A DNA stretch of 63,158 nucleotides, taken from positions 53,541,231-53,604,388 of the forward strand of contig NC_068994.1 in NCBI RefSeq assembly GCF_001194135.2, given 5' to 3'. Below the pieces are notes generated by a model. That model was not told the DNA's origin. It made no database searches and saw only the letters and a program-made list of their open reading frames with translations. Source of the stretch: Octopus bimaculoides. Taxonomy: Eukaryota. Both the position numbers and the translations under genes were made by a program. Positions 39,494 through 53,221 of this stretch are shown one piece after another (the stretch's first letter is position 1; each line of letters opens with the position of its first letter).

Positions 39494-40179
39494 GTGCCTT
39501 TTCTTTCAAAGGTCAATTATTAACCTCACAATCATTGTATAAGACATTGTGCTTGGATACTCTTAGTTGATTGAAGTTTTCCAACTTGCTATATTACACA
39601 TGTGATACACTTCTGTACAGTGTTGTGGGGTAGTATTCAGTACTACAGACCAAATGGTCACAAATCCAAACCTTACCACTGTAGCCTTTGCACTACTACT
39701 TCCCCCATAAAAGGGGGCTTAACTCTGCTTGCCTCAGTTAGCCTGGCTGACAAAACAGGCTTTGTTCTTATTTCACTGATGACTTGGTAAATAGTTGGAA
39801 TAGCATCCAGCTGTGAAAACTATAAAATCAAAATAATTAATAAAATTAAACATCTCTCATCTTAAGATGAATATGGAAAAAGAACATGTTAAACAGCACA
39901 AAAAAAAACTTTAAATAAATAAATCAAAATGTTTTTTTTCTCCTGTAGAAAAAAAGAACCTTTTGAATCTTACCCAAAACTGAAACTGTTGTTTATTTAT
40001 TTATTGGTTTCAAATCTTCTCATGGTCAACTTTGCTTGTCATCCTTCCAGAGTTGATAAAATAATGTACCAGTCAAGTTCTGGAGTTGATAGTATTAACT
40101 AACCCACTTTCCTGAAAATTTGAAACCATTATTATTAATTTGTTTCTAACATAGAATATATACGTATATATATAAAGTG

Positions 40180-40610
40180 TTAGAAGTGCTGATCTCTGAC
40201 TGTGGAGGGAACCTGTGGAAGAGGTAAATCCAAGAAGACATGGGTTCAGGTGGTAAAATATGATCTTTGGATGCTGAGTCTCATGGAGGCAATGAGAAGT
40301 GGTTGAGACTCTCAGCAATTTGCTGTGTTTAAGAAGACATGTCAAGCTAAGTGAAATTGTAGTCATGGCCAGTATCAATGACATGTAAAAAGACACCCAT
40401 GCTGATGACACATAAAAGGCATCCATACTAGTGACACATAAAAGACACCAAGTACACTCTGTGGAGTGGTTGACTTTAGGAAGGACATCCAGCCATAGAA
40501 ACCATGCTAAAACAGACTGGAGCTTGGTGCAGTTTACTAGTTCCAGTCAAGCCATCTAACCCATGTCAGCATGGAAAACGAATGCTAAATGATGATGATG
40601 ATGATGATAA
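40180..40610 (+). mobile_element. RTE LINE 3' end (same family as 3650-4690), (GAT)n tail
   Basis: VEGTCGRGKSKKTWVQVVKYDL...; 3' UTR with ggaaggacatccagccatagaaacc motif shared with other copies. Confidence 0.8.
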
Positions 40611-42994
40611 AGGAAAGAGAGTGATTACATAAAACCAGAGAAGTTGAGCACTCACAAACAGAAATGAAAGGAGAAAACATTAAAGGAAGAAACACAAAAC
40701 CTAAACAAATCCAGCAATAACAACAAAGCTAAAAGTGATCATTAAAATAAGAGTGACCACATACAGAAATAAAACCATTACTAATTTAACAAGATTCTAA
40801 TATTATTTATATTTCTTCACGGTCCTGGAAGCATGTACCACTTAAGCACAAAATCTCAATCAGCACTGTTAACATCATGCCAGCTTTTCCTCACCTCTTC
40901 TTTTGCTTCATGCTAGAATGGGTTGCATGAGTCTGTAATAGGTCAACCTGAAACATGTCTTGACGTGTCCAACCTTCATTGCTTGTGTAGTGTAGTGCTG
41001 GTTCTGTTGTCACATTCAATAGGGTGGTTGCTATTTACCTCCCACCACCTCAAATCAGCTTTAGTCAAGTAACCAGGTTTTTAAGATCAAATAGGTTCTA
41101 ACCATAACCATTACCATCCTATCTATCTTTCACACATAACATACTGGACTACATAATTTAATGTAGGCTGTGGTTTAAAGGATATTTGATTGAACAGCCA
41201 TGTTGGGGCTCATCAATAGAGTAACAGTCGTTTTTATTCAATCTAGGTTGAGCAGATCATCTCATTTTGTATATCTAGATCTATTACTGTTCAATATATC
41301 CTGTTTTTGAGGCTGGGATTTGAGATAGATTTGGTTTCTATTTCTAGAAACTACATAGGGGTTCCCTCTACATCTATAAATGTACTGCTGATGTACAGAT
41401 TAAAACTATTTCAGTATAGAAACATTAATTTAGTTTGATATTACATATAAGCTAACAGTTAAGAGAAAAACATTAATGCACTTATAATTAAGTTTATTAG
41501 GTGACAAGGTTATTGTTCAACCCCTATGACAAAGGCATTCCAGCCATGACTTTCTCATTCTTTTTTAGACTGCTATGAATTAAAGGGGATTTGGCTACTA
41601 TTTCTATCAAGTTAAGCAAGTGGCCTTGTAGAGGTTTGTTCCTTGTCTCAAGCTAATTTAGTTTGTAAGGTGACATATTGTCTTGTTTACTGTGACAACA
41701 CAAGACTAATATTCATTGCATGTTGGGTGCCACTCTTTAGGTTGCTTATAAACAAAAGTGTATAGGGATGAGTCTAACTCCTTCAAAATCTGTAAAAATA
41801 GATGTATTGACTGATAATTAAGTCTAAAATGGTTTATTTTACTTTGATAGCAAAAGACTGGCAATGATTGAATGTGACTCCAAAATGACTATGACAACCA
41901 AAGATTCATCCATAGAAATTCAAGTGTAACTCCTCAAGACTTATTCTAACCTAGTTGTGTTAAATAAAACTCAAACCATCTTGCATAACAGAAGTAACAA
42001 TGTTCAGTGTAACTCAAAAATATTTATGACAGAAGAAACTTTACTGTATTATCACACAGTTGGGCCTAAGATTAATTTTGAGAATCAATTCAAAAAAGTA
42101 AGGGGAAACTTTTCAAATATAAATAAAATGCAATTATACAAAAATAAACATTATTTTCCTTCTTACTGTTTCTTGTTTTGAAAAATAAAAATTTATTTTA
42201 TGGTTTGTTATTCTTTATATTTTGAATTGCATAATCTTTTATGGAGCACCAACATTTTTTGAGTGCTTAGGGCCTTGATGGGTCTTAATCTGGCCATGTA
42301 AAAGTGTATCATCTTCAATAGAATTTCTTAATTTGTCGTACATGTATATTTTTGCCATTTTAATTGCTAGCATCAGTACCCAGTACGCCTAAGATATGGT
42401 ATGGTAGGATAGGGTAGTAAAATATTTTAAATGAGGAGGGTTGTCGATGTGGAAGGAGAATGGCTAAACGGGGTCAATACAGAAGGGGAAGTGGCTAAAG
42501 GGGATCGATGGTCAAAAAAGTTTGGCAAATCCTGGGTCAAGTGATAGAAAGATGAGAAGGTACCAAAACTGTTGAGAATGGGGAGTAGCAGATGGAAACA
42601 TTTTATATGAAGTAATATTAGCTATTGTAAGTACTAACTCAACACAGAAAAGAGAAACAGGTTTACTGTGCATACAACTATCATTCCCAAACTTTCGTTA
42701 TATTCAACCACCAAGAAAAAAAAATCTAGTTGTCGCTGCTTTTTTGGTTTGTCTGCTTGAGTGTCAGCTCTGATATCTCAGAAGCTATTAAAGTCAAGAA
42801 ACAAAATCAGTTACCTTCTACCCCAACCCACAAAAAAGAATTTATATCAGATAAGAGAAGTTCTAATAATTAGTCATGTAAAATATGTTCAAATACTGGG
42901 CATATGCTTAGAAAAATGTTCCCATGCATAGGTGCATAATGAAAGAATTTATTTATAATATATAACAGAAAAAAGTACATTCAAATATTCTTTT

Positions 42995-44105
42995 CTACTC
43001 TAGGCACAAGGCCCGAAATTTTTGGGGAGAGGGCCAATTGATTAGATCGACCTCAGTACTTAATTTATCGATCCTGAAAGGATGAAAAGCAAAATCGACC
43101 TTGGCAGAATTTGAACTCAGAACATAAAGACAGACGAAATACCGCTAAGCATTTTGCCAGCTCGCCATCTGAATATTATAGGCACAAGGCCTGAAACTTT
43201 AGGGGAGGGGGTAAGTTGATTACATGAACCCCAGTACTCAGCTGGCACTTATTTTACCAACCCCAAAAGGATGATAGGAAAAGTCAACCTAAACAGCATT
43301 TGAACTCAAAAACATAAAGAGTCAAAACAAATTGTGTCAAGCATTTTCTCTGACATGCTAGTGATTCTGCCAGCTCACCAACATAATAATAATAATAACA
43401 ACAATTGTGGTTTCTATGATTAAGCACTTGACCAAATATTTTTGGGAATGGTAAGGTTGTTTATATTGATCATAATACTTGACTGGTATTTGTTTTAACA
43501 ACACCAGAATGATGAAAAGTAAAGGTGACTTTGACAGCAATTGAACACAATATGTAATGAAATGTTGCATGTTATTTAATCTAGCACTCTAATGATTTTA
43601 ATACTCAGCACCCTAATATCAGTAACAATAATAATAATAATTAATTCTTGTTTTATTGGCCACAATAACACCGATTATTAACACCGACAGAAATTGAAAC
43701 AGGCAATTATAGTGACCTTAGTACCTGATGGATACTTTGTTGACTCTTGAAGGATGAAAGATAGCATTGGCTTTGATGAAATTTGAACTCAGAATGTAAG
43801 ATGTAGAGAGCCTGAATAAATACTGCAAGGTATCTTGTTTAACACTAACAATTCTACCAATCCACCACCCTTAATATTTTCTAGGACAGATACAAGGCTT
43901 CAGATTTAAGGGAGAAGGGTGAGTTATTTTATTGATTCCAGTAATTGACTGGTTCTTTATATTTATATTGACCCCAGAAGAATGAAAGATAGTGCTTTGT
44001 TTTCTTGACAATGAAAGGATGAAAGGCAAAATTGACTTCAGCAGGATCTGAAATCAAAATGTATGGAGTTAGACAAAATATCACAAACCATTTTGGCTAG
44101 GCATG
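42995..44105 (-). mobile_element. Head-to-tail stack of ~5 family-A SINE copies
   Basis: Units at ~42995-43170, 43178-43380, 43405-43600, 43700-43872 and 43880-44105, of varying decay. Confidence 0.8.
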
Positions 44106-45011
44106 AGAGCAGAGTCTCACATACCAGCACAGGATTCAAATTTGGAACAAAAAAAAAATTAAAACTAAAAATACTAAAGTACAAAGATCTACCATTTCTG
44201 CCAACTTACCACTTTTCTCCCTTCTACAGTATTGATGGCTTCAATCATAATGATGCTCATAACCAGCAGCTGCTGTGATCAGTCAAGCATGGCATTACAA
44301 CTTGAAAATCCTGGAGACATTATCCACTGAAGCCTGACTTTAATTTGCTAAATCACTTTCAACTTCCATTATTTTTGTTTTGTATTTTGTTACTGTAGTT
44401 GTAGATTTTGTCACATCATGCAAACTTGTAGTTTACATGCTTGCTTACCATCACCACCATCAACCCCATTCTTCAGCACATTTTTTTATTGTTTTCTTTT
44501 GCAATCAAACCCAATATGTTGAAAGGTACACCCATGAAGTTACATACGTACATACATACATACATACACATATGTATGCATGTATGTATATATGTGTGTG
44601 TGTGTGTATTTATGTATATATATATATATATATATATATNNNNNNNNNNNNNNNNNNNNNNNNNNNNNNNNNNNNNNNNNNNNNNNNNNNNNNNNNNNNN
44701 NNNNNNNNNNNNNNNNNNNNNNNNNNNNNNNNNNNNNNNNNNNNNNNNNNNNNNNNNNNNNNNNNNNNNNNNNNNNNNNNNNNNNNNNNNNNNNNNNNNN
44801 NNNNNNNNNNNNNNNNNNNNNNNNNNNNNNNNNNNNNNNNNNNNNNNNNNNNNNNNNNNNNNNNNNNNNNNNNNNNNNNNNNNNNNNNNNNNNNNNNNNN
44901 NNNNNNNNNNNNNNNNNNNNNNNNNNNNNNNNNNNNNNNNNNNNNNNNNNNNNNNNNNNNNNNNNNNNNNNNNNNNNNNNNNNNNNNNNNNNNNNNNNNN
45001 NNNNNNNNNNN

Positions 45012-45055
<44 letters not shown>

Positions 45056-47533
45056 ATACATACATACATACATACATACATACATACATACATACATACA
45101 GACATACATACATGCATACATATATATATATAGTAAAGAACATTAAATATGAGTTATTATATATAGATGTTACTGATTTGTGAGTAATGAGGATTCTGTG
45201 TACTTCTAGCTTATTGGGTTTAATTATAGATGCATTAGTGTGTGTTTTATGAGCTTGTACACTGTTCCATGCTGACAAACATACATCACATTTAGCAAAA
45301 CAAAGACTTTTATGTGGCTACTTGCCTTGCTCGGACAGCAGTCAAATTTCCCTTGTATTAGGGTTCACAGCTTATGGCTCACCTTATAAAAGGAAGAATA
45401 CACTGGATAATGTGGCCCTAGATTCTCTATATTGGAAGGAAAAGACAGCATGATCACAGTTACAATGCATGTGAACATCTTTTAATTAGGACTAATAACA
45501 TATATCACCTGATTATGTTAGAATCATCTCCAATCATCTTACAATGCATGTTTCAGGGCCATGGCATGGTAATGAAATTTGAGAAGAGACTGGGTAATAA
45601 TTGCCTAACTGTGAAAACCATGTTAAGAAGTTTGCTTTGGTGGTTGTGGTGATGATGATGATGATAATTACTAACTTTATAATAGCATGGTTAGTTGCTA
45701 AGTACTTAAAATAAGAAATACAAAAAAAAAGACCAAAGAAAAATAAACAATTAATTTCTATTTGTTTGTCTCCCCCTCTTCCCACCCCACCTTCTATATC
45801 AATTTTAACTGGATCGAACTATAGTTCTTTTGTTAATAACAATAATGATTGAAAACAGTGAAAGAGGTGGTATAAGAACTTGGGTGAGAGAAAGATATAA
45901 ATTGAAAGAGACAAATAGATGGATAGAGAGAACTTAGGAGAAAGATGGGGGAGAAAAGGAGGGAGGGAGAGAGACAGACAGACAGACATGTTGACACACA
46001 TGCATGCACACACACACACATGCACACACACATACATGCATGCACATGCACACATAAGCATGCGTGCACACACGTGCACACACACACACACATGGAAAAC
46101 AAAGACAGATAGATGGACAGAGAGAACTAAAGAGAACTAAAGAAAAAAGAGTTAAAGACTGAGACAAACAGACAGACAGACAGACAGAGACAGACAGACA
46201 GACAGAGACAGACAGACAGACAGAGACAGACAGACGGGCAGCAGACGTTCAGGCAGGGAGAGGAGAGAAAGAAAAAAAATCGTTGTTACCAAAGCAATTT
46301 GTCTCAGTAAACTAAAAAAATTATTCAGCACTTAGTCAGCATTTGACTTTGTTGAACTATTGTAGCATAAAATTTAAAATGCTACTGAGCAGGAGAAGGG
46401 TATGTGTGGATCAATGGTTTTAAAACTTAGCATATAATATATAGCAAAACTAGTTGATGCCTGCTGTGCATTCATCTACAAATATTAATCTGCCTTTCTC
46501 ATTTATTATAATAATAATTTTTCAGCCTCATACCTCATATCCATCAACCATCATTCATCTTATCCAATATGTCCTGTCAGTAAATATATTACACACCACT
46601 GTTTTATCTTGTTTATTCATTTGCTTACTCGTTTGCACTCGAGTGATATTTAAAAAAATATTTTTGTTTAATCAGAGGAGGAGGAAAGGTAGACACACTA
46701 AAGATCTTTTACAGAGCCTCTGAGACTGGTAATAGGAAGTGAGGAAACTATCCTCAGACCAAAGTCCTAAGTTTGAATGTTTGCAACAAAGCAGAGATCA
46801 TATTATTAAATCTATTCTCAATGAATGAGTACAGTTGATCCAACAAACTTCCATGTAGTTTATATCTTCCCAATTTCAGTCACAATGCTTGGCACAACCT
46901 CAGACAATGGTAGAAAACACTTACCTAAGGCTCTGTGAGTTGAGATTGAACATGGAACCAGAAGATTGTAGAACTAATATTTTAACCATGCTGGTAAAAT
47001 CCGGTATTCAAGGAAATAGCTAAGCCAGAGTTTCAAAGTGTCTCATCTTGTTACTACAAAAGACTATTGAGGCTAAGAAATATTATTTTTTTTTATTATT
47101 ATTGATTTCTTAGAAAAATGAAAGTTTTCTTACCTCTTTGATGTTAAATACATAAGACCAGTTCTGATTTAACATGTTATTTAATGAGCTTGTAAAATAT
47201 GTTCACAGTCGCATAGGTACATAGCAAACATAATTTCATTCAGCTAGTAATACAAAATACATTGAAATACTGACCACATAAGTAGAGAAATATGTTCAGT
47301 CACATATGTGCATAACAGGACTTTTAACAATTAGCAACACAAATTACATTCAAATATTGACCAGAGAGAAATATGTTCACAAGCACAAAAAAAAAAAAAA
47401 GAACAACAGCATAGTATAAGAATTTCTGTTTGATAATGGTGGCTACAATGGTTAGTCATGTAAAATATATTTGAATACTGGTCACATATGGATAAAATAT
47501 GTTCACACATACATGGCAATACAGTTTCTTGCA

Positions 47534-47766
47534 AGGGCGGTGAGCTGGCAGAATCATTAGCACACTGGGCGAAATGCTTAGCGGTATTTCATCTGCCGTT
47601 ACATTCTGAGTTCAAATTCCACTGAGGTCGACTTTGCTTTTCATCCTATCGGGGTCGATTAAATAAGTACCAGTTATGCACTGGGGTTGATGTAATCGAC
47701 TTAATCCCTTTGTCTGTCTTTGTTTGTCTCCTCTATGTTTAGCCCACTGTGGGCAATAAAGAAATA
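47534..47766 (+). mobile_element. Full-length family-A SINE with 16-bp TSD
   Basis: TSD AATACAGTTTCTTGCA at 47518-47533 and 47767-47782; ends in aataaagaaataa. Confidence 0.93.
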
Positions 47767-49135
47767 AATACAGTTTCTTGCAGATAGTAGTAGTTTACCA
47801 TATCCAATGTGTCTTTCCCTTTTTTTTGAGATGGTAGAGACATTGTGCTACTATTTCTAGCAGGTTAAATTACCACATAGAAGCTTCTAAGTATCATGTG
47901 TGGTATAGCTCATTACAGTAGAAGTGGAAGTTTTGTAAATCTGCTGAATATTTTGTCAGATTAAAGTACTGTGTCTGTCACTGCATAAGAATAAAAGACA
48001 GACTTTTTAAAGTCTAAAACCAGTAACTCCAACCCAACTGAAACACACAAAACTACAGTGTCCAATGACACACGAATTTGGCACCAAGAGAGTGTGCACA
48101 AGTCTTGCAGAGGAATTTTATTGTTACCACAATAAATGGTTTGTTGAACTTTCCTACACAATGCTATTTTGGTAACAATAATGGTTGTTGCAAGTTGCTG
48201 TTGTTAGTAGATGTTTAGCCCCAGGTCAGCTCTCTGTTCAAGCAGACTGATTAACAAATGTACTTCACCCATGACCATCCAATCTTTATATATATAGCAG
48301 ACACTACTCTATCTAGTGTATCTTTCTTTATTTAAAATATTAGACTGATTTGAAAGAGATTTGGCTGCTGGCTTTTTCCAGAAAGTTAAGTAATCATGGT
48401 AGTGTTAGTTTCTTGACCTGGTCTTAATAATAAACAGCAAAAAGATTTATCCTTAATGTTTTTATAATCAAGATTGATGGATGAAAAAATCCAATAGAGT
48501 GTTGTACTAAATACATTGCACAGTTTAATTACTTCTCTTTCTGTTCTGGGTTCAATTCCCAGTGGGGTCAACTTTGCCCTTCATCCTTCTGAGGTTGATA
48601 AAACAAAGTACCAGTGAAGTATTTGGGGTCAATATAATTCAGTATACCATTCCACAAAACTGTGCTTATGTTGCAAATCAATATAATCGATTATACTCTC
48701 ACCACTAAATTTTGTGACCTTGTGCTTATGCTCAGATCATTATTTCTATTGTCAGCTATATTAAAAAAATCAAAGTGCTTTTTTAATTTGTTATAAGTCC
48801 TCACATATTGATTGACAAGTGTTAGTTAAAATTAGAACACTTTTACATCTCCACAAGATAACATACCCAAGGCTTCTGTATGTGAAGGTGTGTGGCTTAA
48901 TGGTTAAGTAGTTCAGCTCATGATCCTAACATTGTCAGTTCAATTCCTAGACAAGGTGGTATATTGCGTCCTTCAGCAAGGCATTTCATTTCACATTGCT
49001 CCAGTCTACTCAGCTGAAAATGAGCACCACCTGAGTGCTGATGCAGCTCTCTCTCCATCCAACCATCATATCCTCAGCGTGCCATTGGGTCAAAGGATGG
49101 GCAAAAAGATAATGTAGCTATGCCTGCTTATGACT

Positions 49136-49475
49136 CTGAGATCCCCTTCAGTCATGACTGACCATGGAATTGCACCTAGAAAGTTACCCTACCAGGCACA
49201 AGTCCAGGTAAGGTTGTTTATGGAAGACCAGTAGTCGCCCATGCATACCACCACCCCCTCTCTACGCCACCAGTGTTATCCAAGGGAAATGCAAAGGCCG
49301 ATACAGCTTGGCACCTGTGATGTCACAACTCATTTCTACAGCTGAGTGAACTGGAGCAACGTGAAATAAAATGTCTTGCTCAAGAACACAACACGCAGCC
49401 TGGTCCAGGATTCAAACTCACAACCTCATGATCGTAAGCTCGACGATCTAACCACTGAGCCATGTGCCTTCACAC
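49136..49475 (-). mobile_element. Full-length tRNA-derived SINE with 10-bp TSD, nested in an older SINE (~48880-49540, +)
   Basis: TSD GCTTATGACT at 49126-49135 and 49476-49485. The minus head has A-box (tggctcagtgg) and B-box-like (gtttgaatcc) motifs. Host halves resemble 35490-35760. Confidence 0.88.
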
Positions 49476-51249
49476 GCTTATGACTACAAAGGCACATAAA
49501 ACAATTATTACAAGCATGGTACATGGTGATCACTGGCTCAATTTATTGACCTATGAGCTGACAGATTTGTATCTGAAAATTTTCTCTCTAGAACACTGAC
49601 TAGGTTATGAAAAGCTAGCAGTTGCTCATGCATGTAGGTCTCCTCTCTTCATGCCACCTATGTTGTCCATGAGTTGCATTATATTATTGGGTGGCAATTG
49701 TGTAACATATGAGTTGTGTGAGTTGCAAGGATGTGTTATAGTATCAGGTATTGATTATGTAAGAGTGTTGTGTTAGTTTATTGAATGGTAATTGTTAGAG
49801 TATGTGCTTCATGGATTATGTTATGTTACTCACTGGTGATTGAACAGTGTGTGTATTTTATTGCTAATTGCTTGAATGCATAATTAATTAAATAAAAATT
49901 GGATATGTTAGCATAATGTGAGAGAGAAGGGTAGAAGAACTGGGAAAAGATGATATGTTTGTGGTATTGGATTCGTTGGAACTATAACAGTCAGTTGAAC
50001 CAATACAGAGAAGATGGTAACGCATGGGTAAACAAGGAGATTTGTATAGTGGTAAGGGAGAGATTATTCCTATTTGGTCTAAGTAATCTGTTATATGCAT
50101 TAAAATATTTGAATAGTTTGGTGCAAAAGGAACTGAAAACTATTAGAAATAACAAGAAGCTGAACAGTTGTTATGGATTAATAAATCAACAGTTGTGGAT
50201 TTATTGAATAACACATGTAGATTAATAAATGAACACACTTACCTTTGACTACCTCTGCTATTACCAACCAACCTCTTTTATATATTTGTGCCTCTTTCTC
50301 ATCATATTCTTGTCCATCCACCCTCCCATCGATTCTAGTCCTTCTGATGACATTGCTCTCAAATACCTATTTCTGGCTTTTCTGTTGTCATTGTTTCCTT
50401 TACTGTTCATACTCTAAAGTGATTGATTATATGAGTAGAGAAAGTGTAGGGTTATGATGTCTCCCTAATCCTGTCTCATTGAAAACTACTTAACCTTTCT
50501 AAGTTGGTGCCATGAGAAAATGCACCTAGTACTCTCTGTAAAGTGATTGGCATTAGGAAGGGCATCTAGCTGTAGAAACCAAACCAAATGACAAGTATAA
50601 GCACTGAGATTTTTGGAATAATAACCCCAAATGGAAAGTGACTTAAACTGCGATGACCCATCTAACCCATGACAACATGGAAAACAAACATAAAAAGAAG
50701 CTGTGATGATGATGATGATGATGACGATGACGACAGTAGTGACGATAATCACAACAATGACAATAATGACAATGTTGTTGATGATGTGAATTTGTTAAGT
50801 TACTAATATGGATTGTTGAGCCATTATGAATAACAGAGAGTTCACTGTGTATCAGAAAAATAGTAGATTAGTTAGACAGTTACTGAAAAAAAAATGGAAT
50901 TTATTATTAAAAATGAAGTAAGTCAGTGTTTGAATGCATCAATTCAACAGGTAGGTGTTAGACTTAAGATTTAGTTAATAGGGAGATATTAAGAAGACTA
51001 AAATTTAATTAATATTGGCTTGTTAAGGCTAATGTTAGGTTCATGTGATATTAAGTCCAAGTGAAAGGACCTGTAACAGAAAGTTTTAAAATACTATGGG
51101 AAATAAACGCATGCACAGATATATGTTTAAACACAGTCATATACACATATATAGTCACACACATACAAGTAAATAAAATATGGAAAAGATAAAAAAGGTA
51201 AACAAAAATTGTTTTTAAAATATATTTATTAGTGGAATTTAGAAGAATT

Positions 51250-52860
51250 GCATTAGTGAGATTTAGATAACTGCATTGTGGGGATCAGGGCTTCAAATGA
51301 TGGATTTATGGGGTTGCATTTGTTAGGGTTCAGGAAACTGTTTTGTAAGAGCTTAGGAGACTGCATTGGAGAAGGACAGGAGGTTGTATTATTGAGGTTA
51401 AGAAGAACTGTAATGGTTTTGCTTAAGTAACTGTTTGAAGTGATAGAATTAAGAACAATAAAAGCTGAAGGTTTAAAAGAGAAAATATATTCAATTAAGG
51501 CATGAAAAACAAAAGTATAAAAACAATAAGAGTTAAAGAAAGAAAGGTAAGTAAGAAGGGTGTTATTAAAGAATTCACCTCCTGTATTCACTGTTATGGA
51601 TGAAGTAAACCATGAAAGGTTTCCTCATACTACATAACATCCACATTCATTACAAGGTTGAAACTTTGAGTGGGTGCTTTCTTCATACTTTCTTGATGTT
51701 CCAAGTTTTCATCACCTGAACCTTTTTTTGTGATAATGGTTGATATAAAGGTATTTCAATGTAGGTCATGGTAAAGTTTTGTTAATGCTTCCATCATGAT
51801 ATATCAATGATAATTCAGGTGGAAGTCAGATAAACTATGTCTAATTGATAAAAAATTAAAAGATCCATCTACAGATATTCCTTCAAAAATGTAGATGTTG
51901 CCATCAATGGGAATGCACTGAGAGTATCATAATGGTAAAAAGAAGCTGACAACATAACTTACTGGCTGTTGTCATGATTCCATGTCCAAGACATGGGATT
52001 TATCAAAGTATTCATCCCCATACACTTCTCTGTGGATATAGACATTCTTGTCAATGTCAACTGAGATGTATCTAAGATGAAGTTTCAATGCCAGTCCCTT
52101 GATATCTCATGTTGACCACTTGGAAGAGGATACTCAGAAGCACTATACCTGGGCATTCATCACCAGGCTCAAGCTTTGAGATCCACTGCCAAGTGTTCAA
52201 GTCCAGAATTGGATTATTGGGGAATGTGTTATCTAGACTGGTCCTTCCAATTTGATAAAACTGTTCATTGTTATAAGGTACCTCCATGCTGCTTAGTTTC
52301 ACTATACAAGAGCTGTGTCCTGCTTTATACTTCAGTGCATCTCTCCCAGTTTCAAGGAAGTGCCACACAAAAGCAGTGTGTTTGCTATTATCACTAAAAT
52401 AAAGCAGAATTTTCATGCCCTCACATGCAGCATATATATGTATATCCTTGTAATCCATCCAATAATCATTAATCAATTCGTTCTTCCCATTTTGTTTCTA
52501 TCACATCTCACCCAGCTTATACTCACTCAATATTTTAAAGTAAAAGTTGACAACAACGAAGATGTTCTCTCATAGTTATAAGCTTTAGATTATTGTGCAT
52601 GCTTTTGAAGTTATTTTATCTTGCCTGACTGCAATGTTTTGATTGGATGTAACACTCGCTTTTTTTGCCACCACACCACTGTTACCATAGTGATCTACAG
52701 TGATGTAATTGGATGTTGATGGAAATGGCTTATTTGAAAACTGGGAATAATTTGACCTTTTTTCCTTCTGGATTTGCTGAAAAATTAGTAATGCTGTGTC
52801 TCTGTATCGTCGTTGTATATGGAATGTAGACTCCTGGTATGGATCTGGTGGTTCATTCAT
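51250..52860 (-). mobile_element. Highly decayed RT relic, possibly Penelope-like
   Basis: Scattered minus-frame motifs NQNIAVRQDK..ACTII (cf. ..IVIR.ADKG..TVI), WQWISKLEP and DGNIYIFEGISV (cf. F.G.IY.Q..G.AMG); many stops. Confidence 0.35.
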
Positions 52861-53189
52861 TTAGTTGCAGGAGGACAGATTATTAAATCTTTTAATTGTG
52901 GAAATGACAGTCATTTAATTGAAGTAGCTGGGTGATCTTGTTATTGTTTTTGGTAATGATGGTATTGCTGATATTATTGAGGCATCAATCAAACACAGAA
53001 CTGCCTGACAGTTACACATGAATCACACCTTACAAAAGTTTTGGGCATGAAATTAACAAAAAAGAAAGGCAAGATAACCACAAGTAAAAATTTTTAAATC
53101 TATTAGTATTGATATGTGTATGTAGAGTTGCTAAGAGACTGTATATTAGTGTACTGTAGCAAGCAACAATGAGAGTGGAAGCATAAGGC

Positions 53190-53221
<32 letters not shown>

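Larger units (their letters stand above)
8609..45011. other. Assembly gaps (N runs) at 8609-8804, 14003-14012, 17036-17619, 21593-21841, 37247-37290 and 44640-45011
   Basis: N characters; most are flanked by (TA)n or (CA)n. The span given only brackets the six separate gaps. Confidence 0.99.

Noticed and set aside
39677-39800. Minus-strand open segment ending in tg|gtaagg; similar micro-exon-like signals at ~40890-40945 (-) and ~54211 (+)
   Set aside because: Peptides unrecognised, and such signals arise by chance in AT-rich DNA
47534-47620. tRNA genes at SINE heads (also 10513, 13827, 48880, 49400-49475)
   Set aside because: A/B-box-like motifs run into SINE bodies; no complete cloverleaf evident
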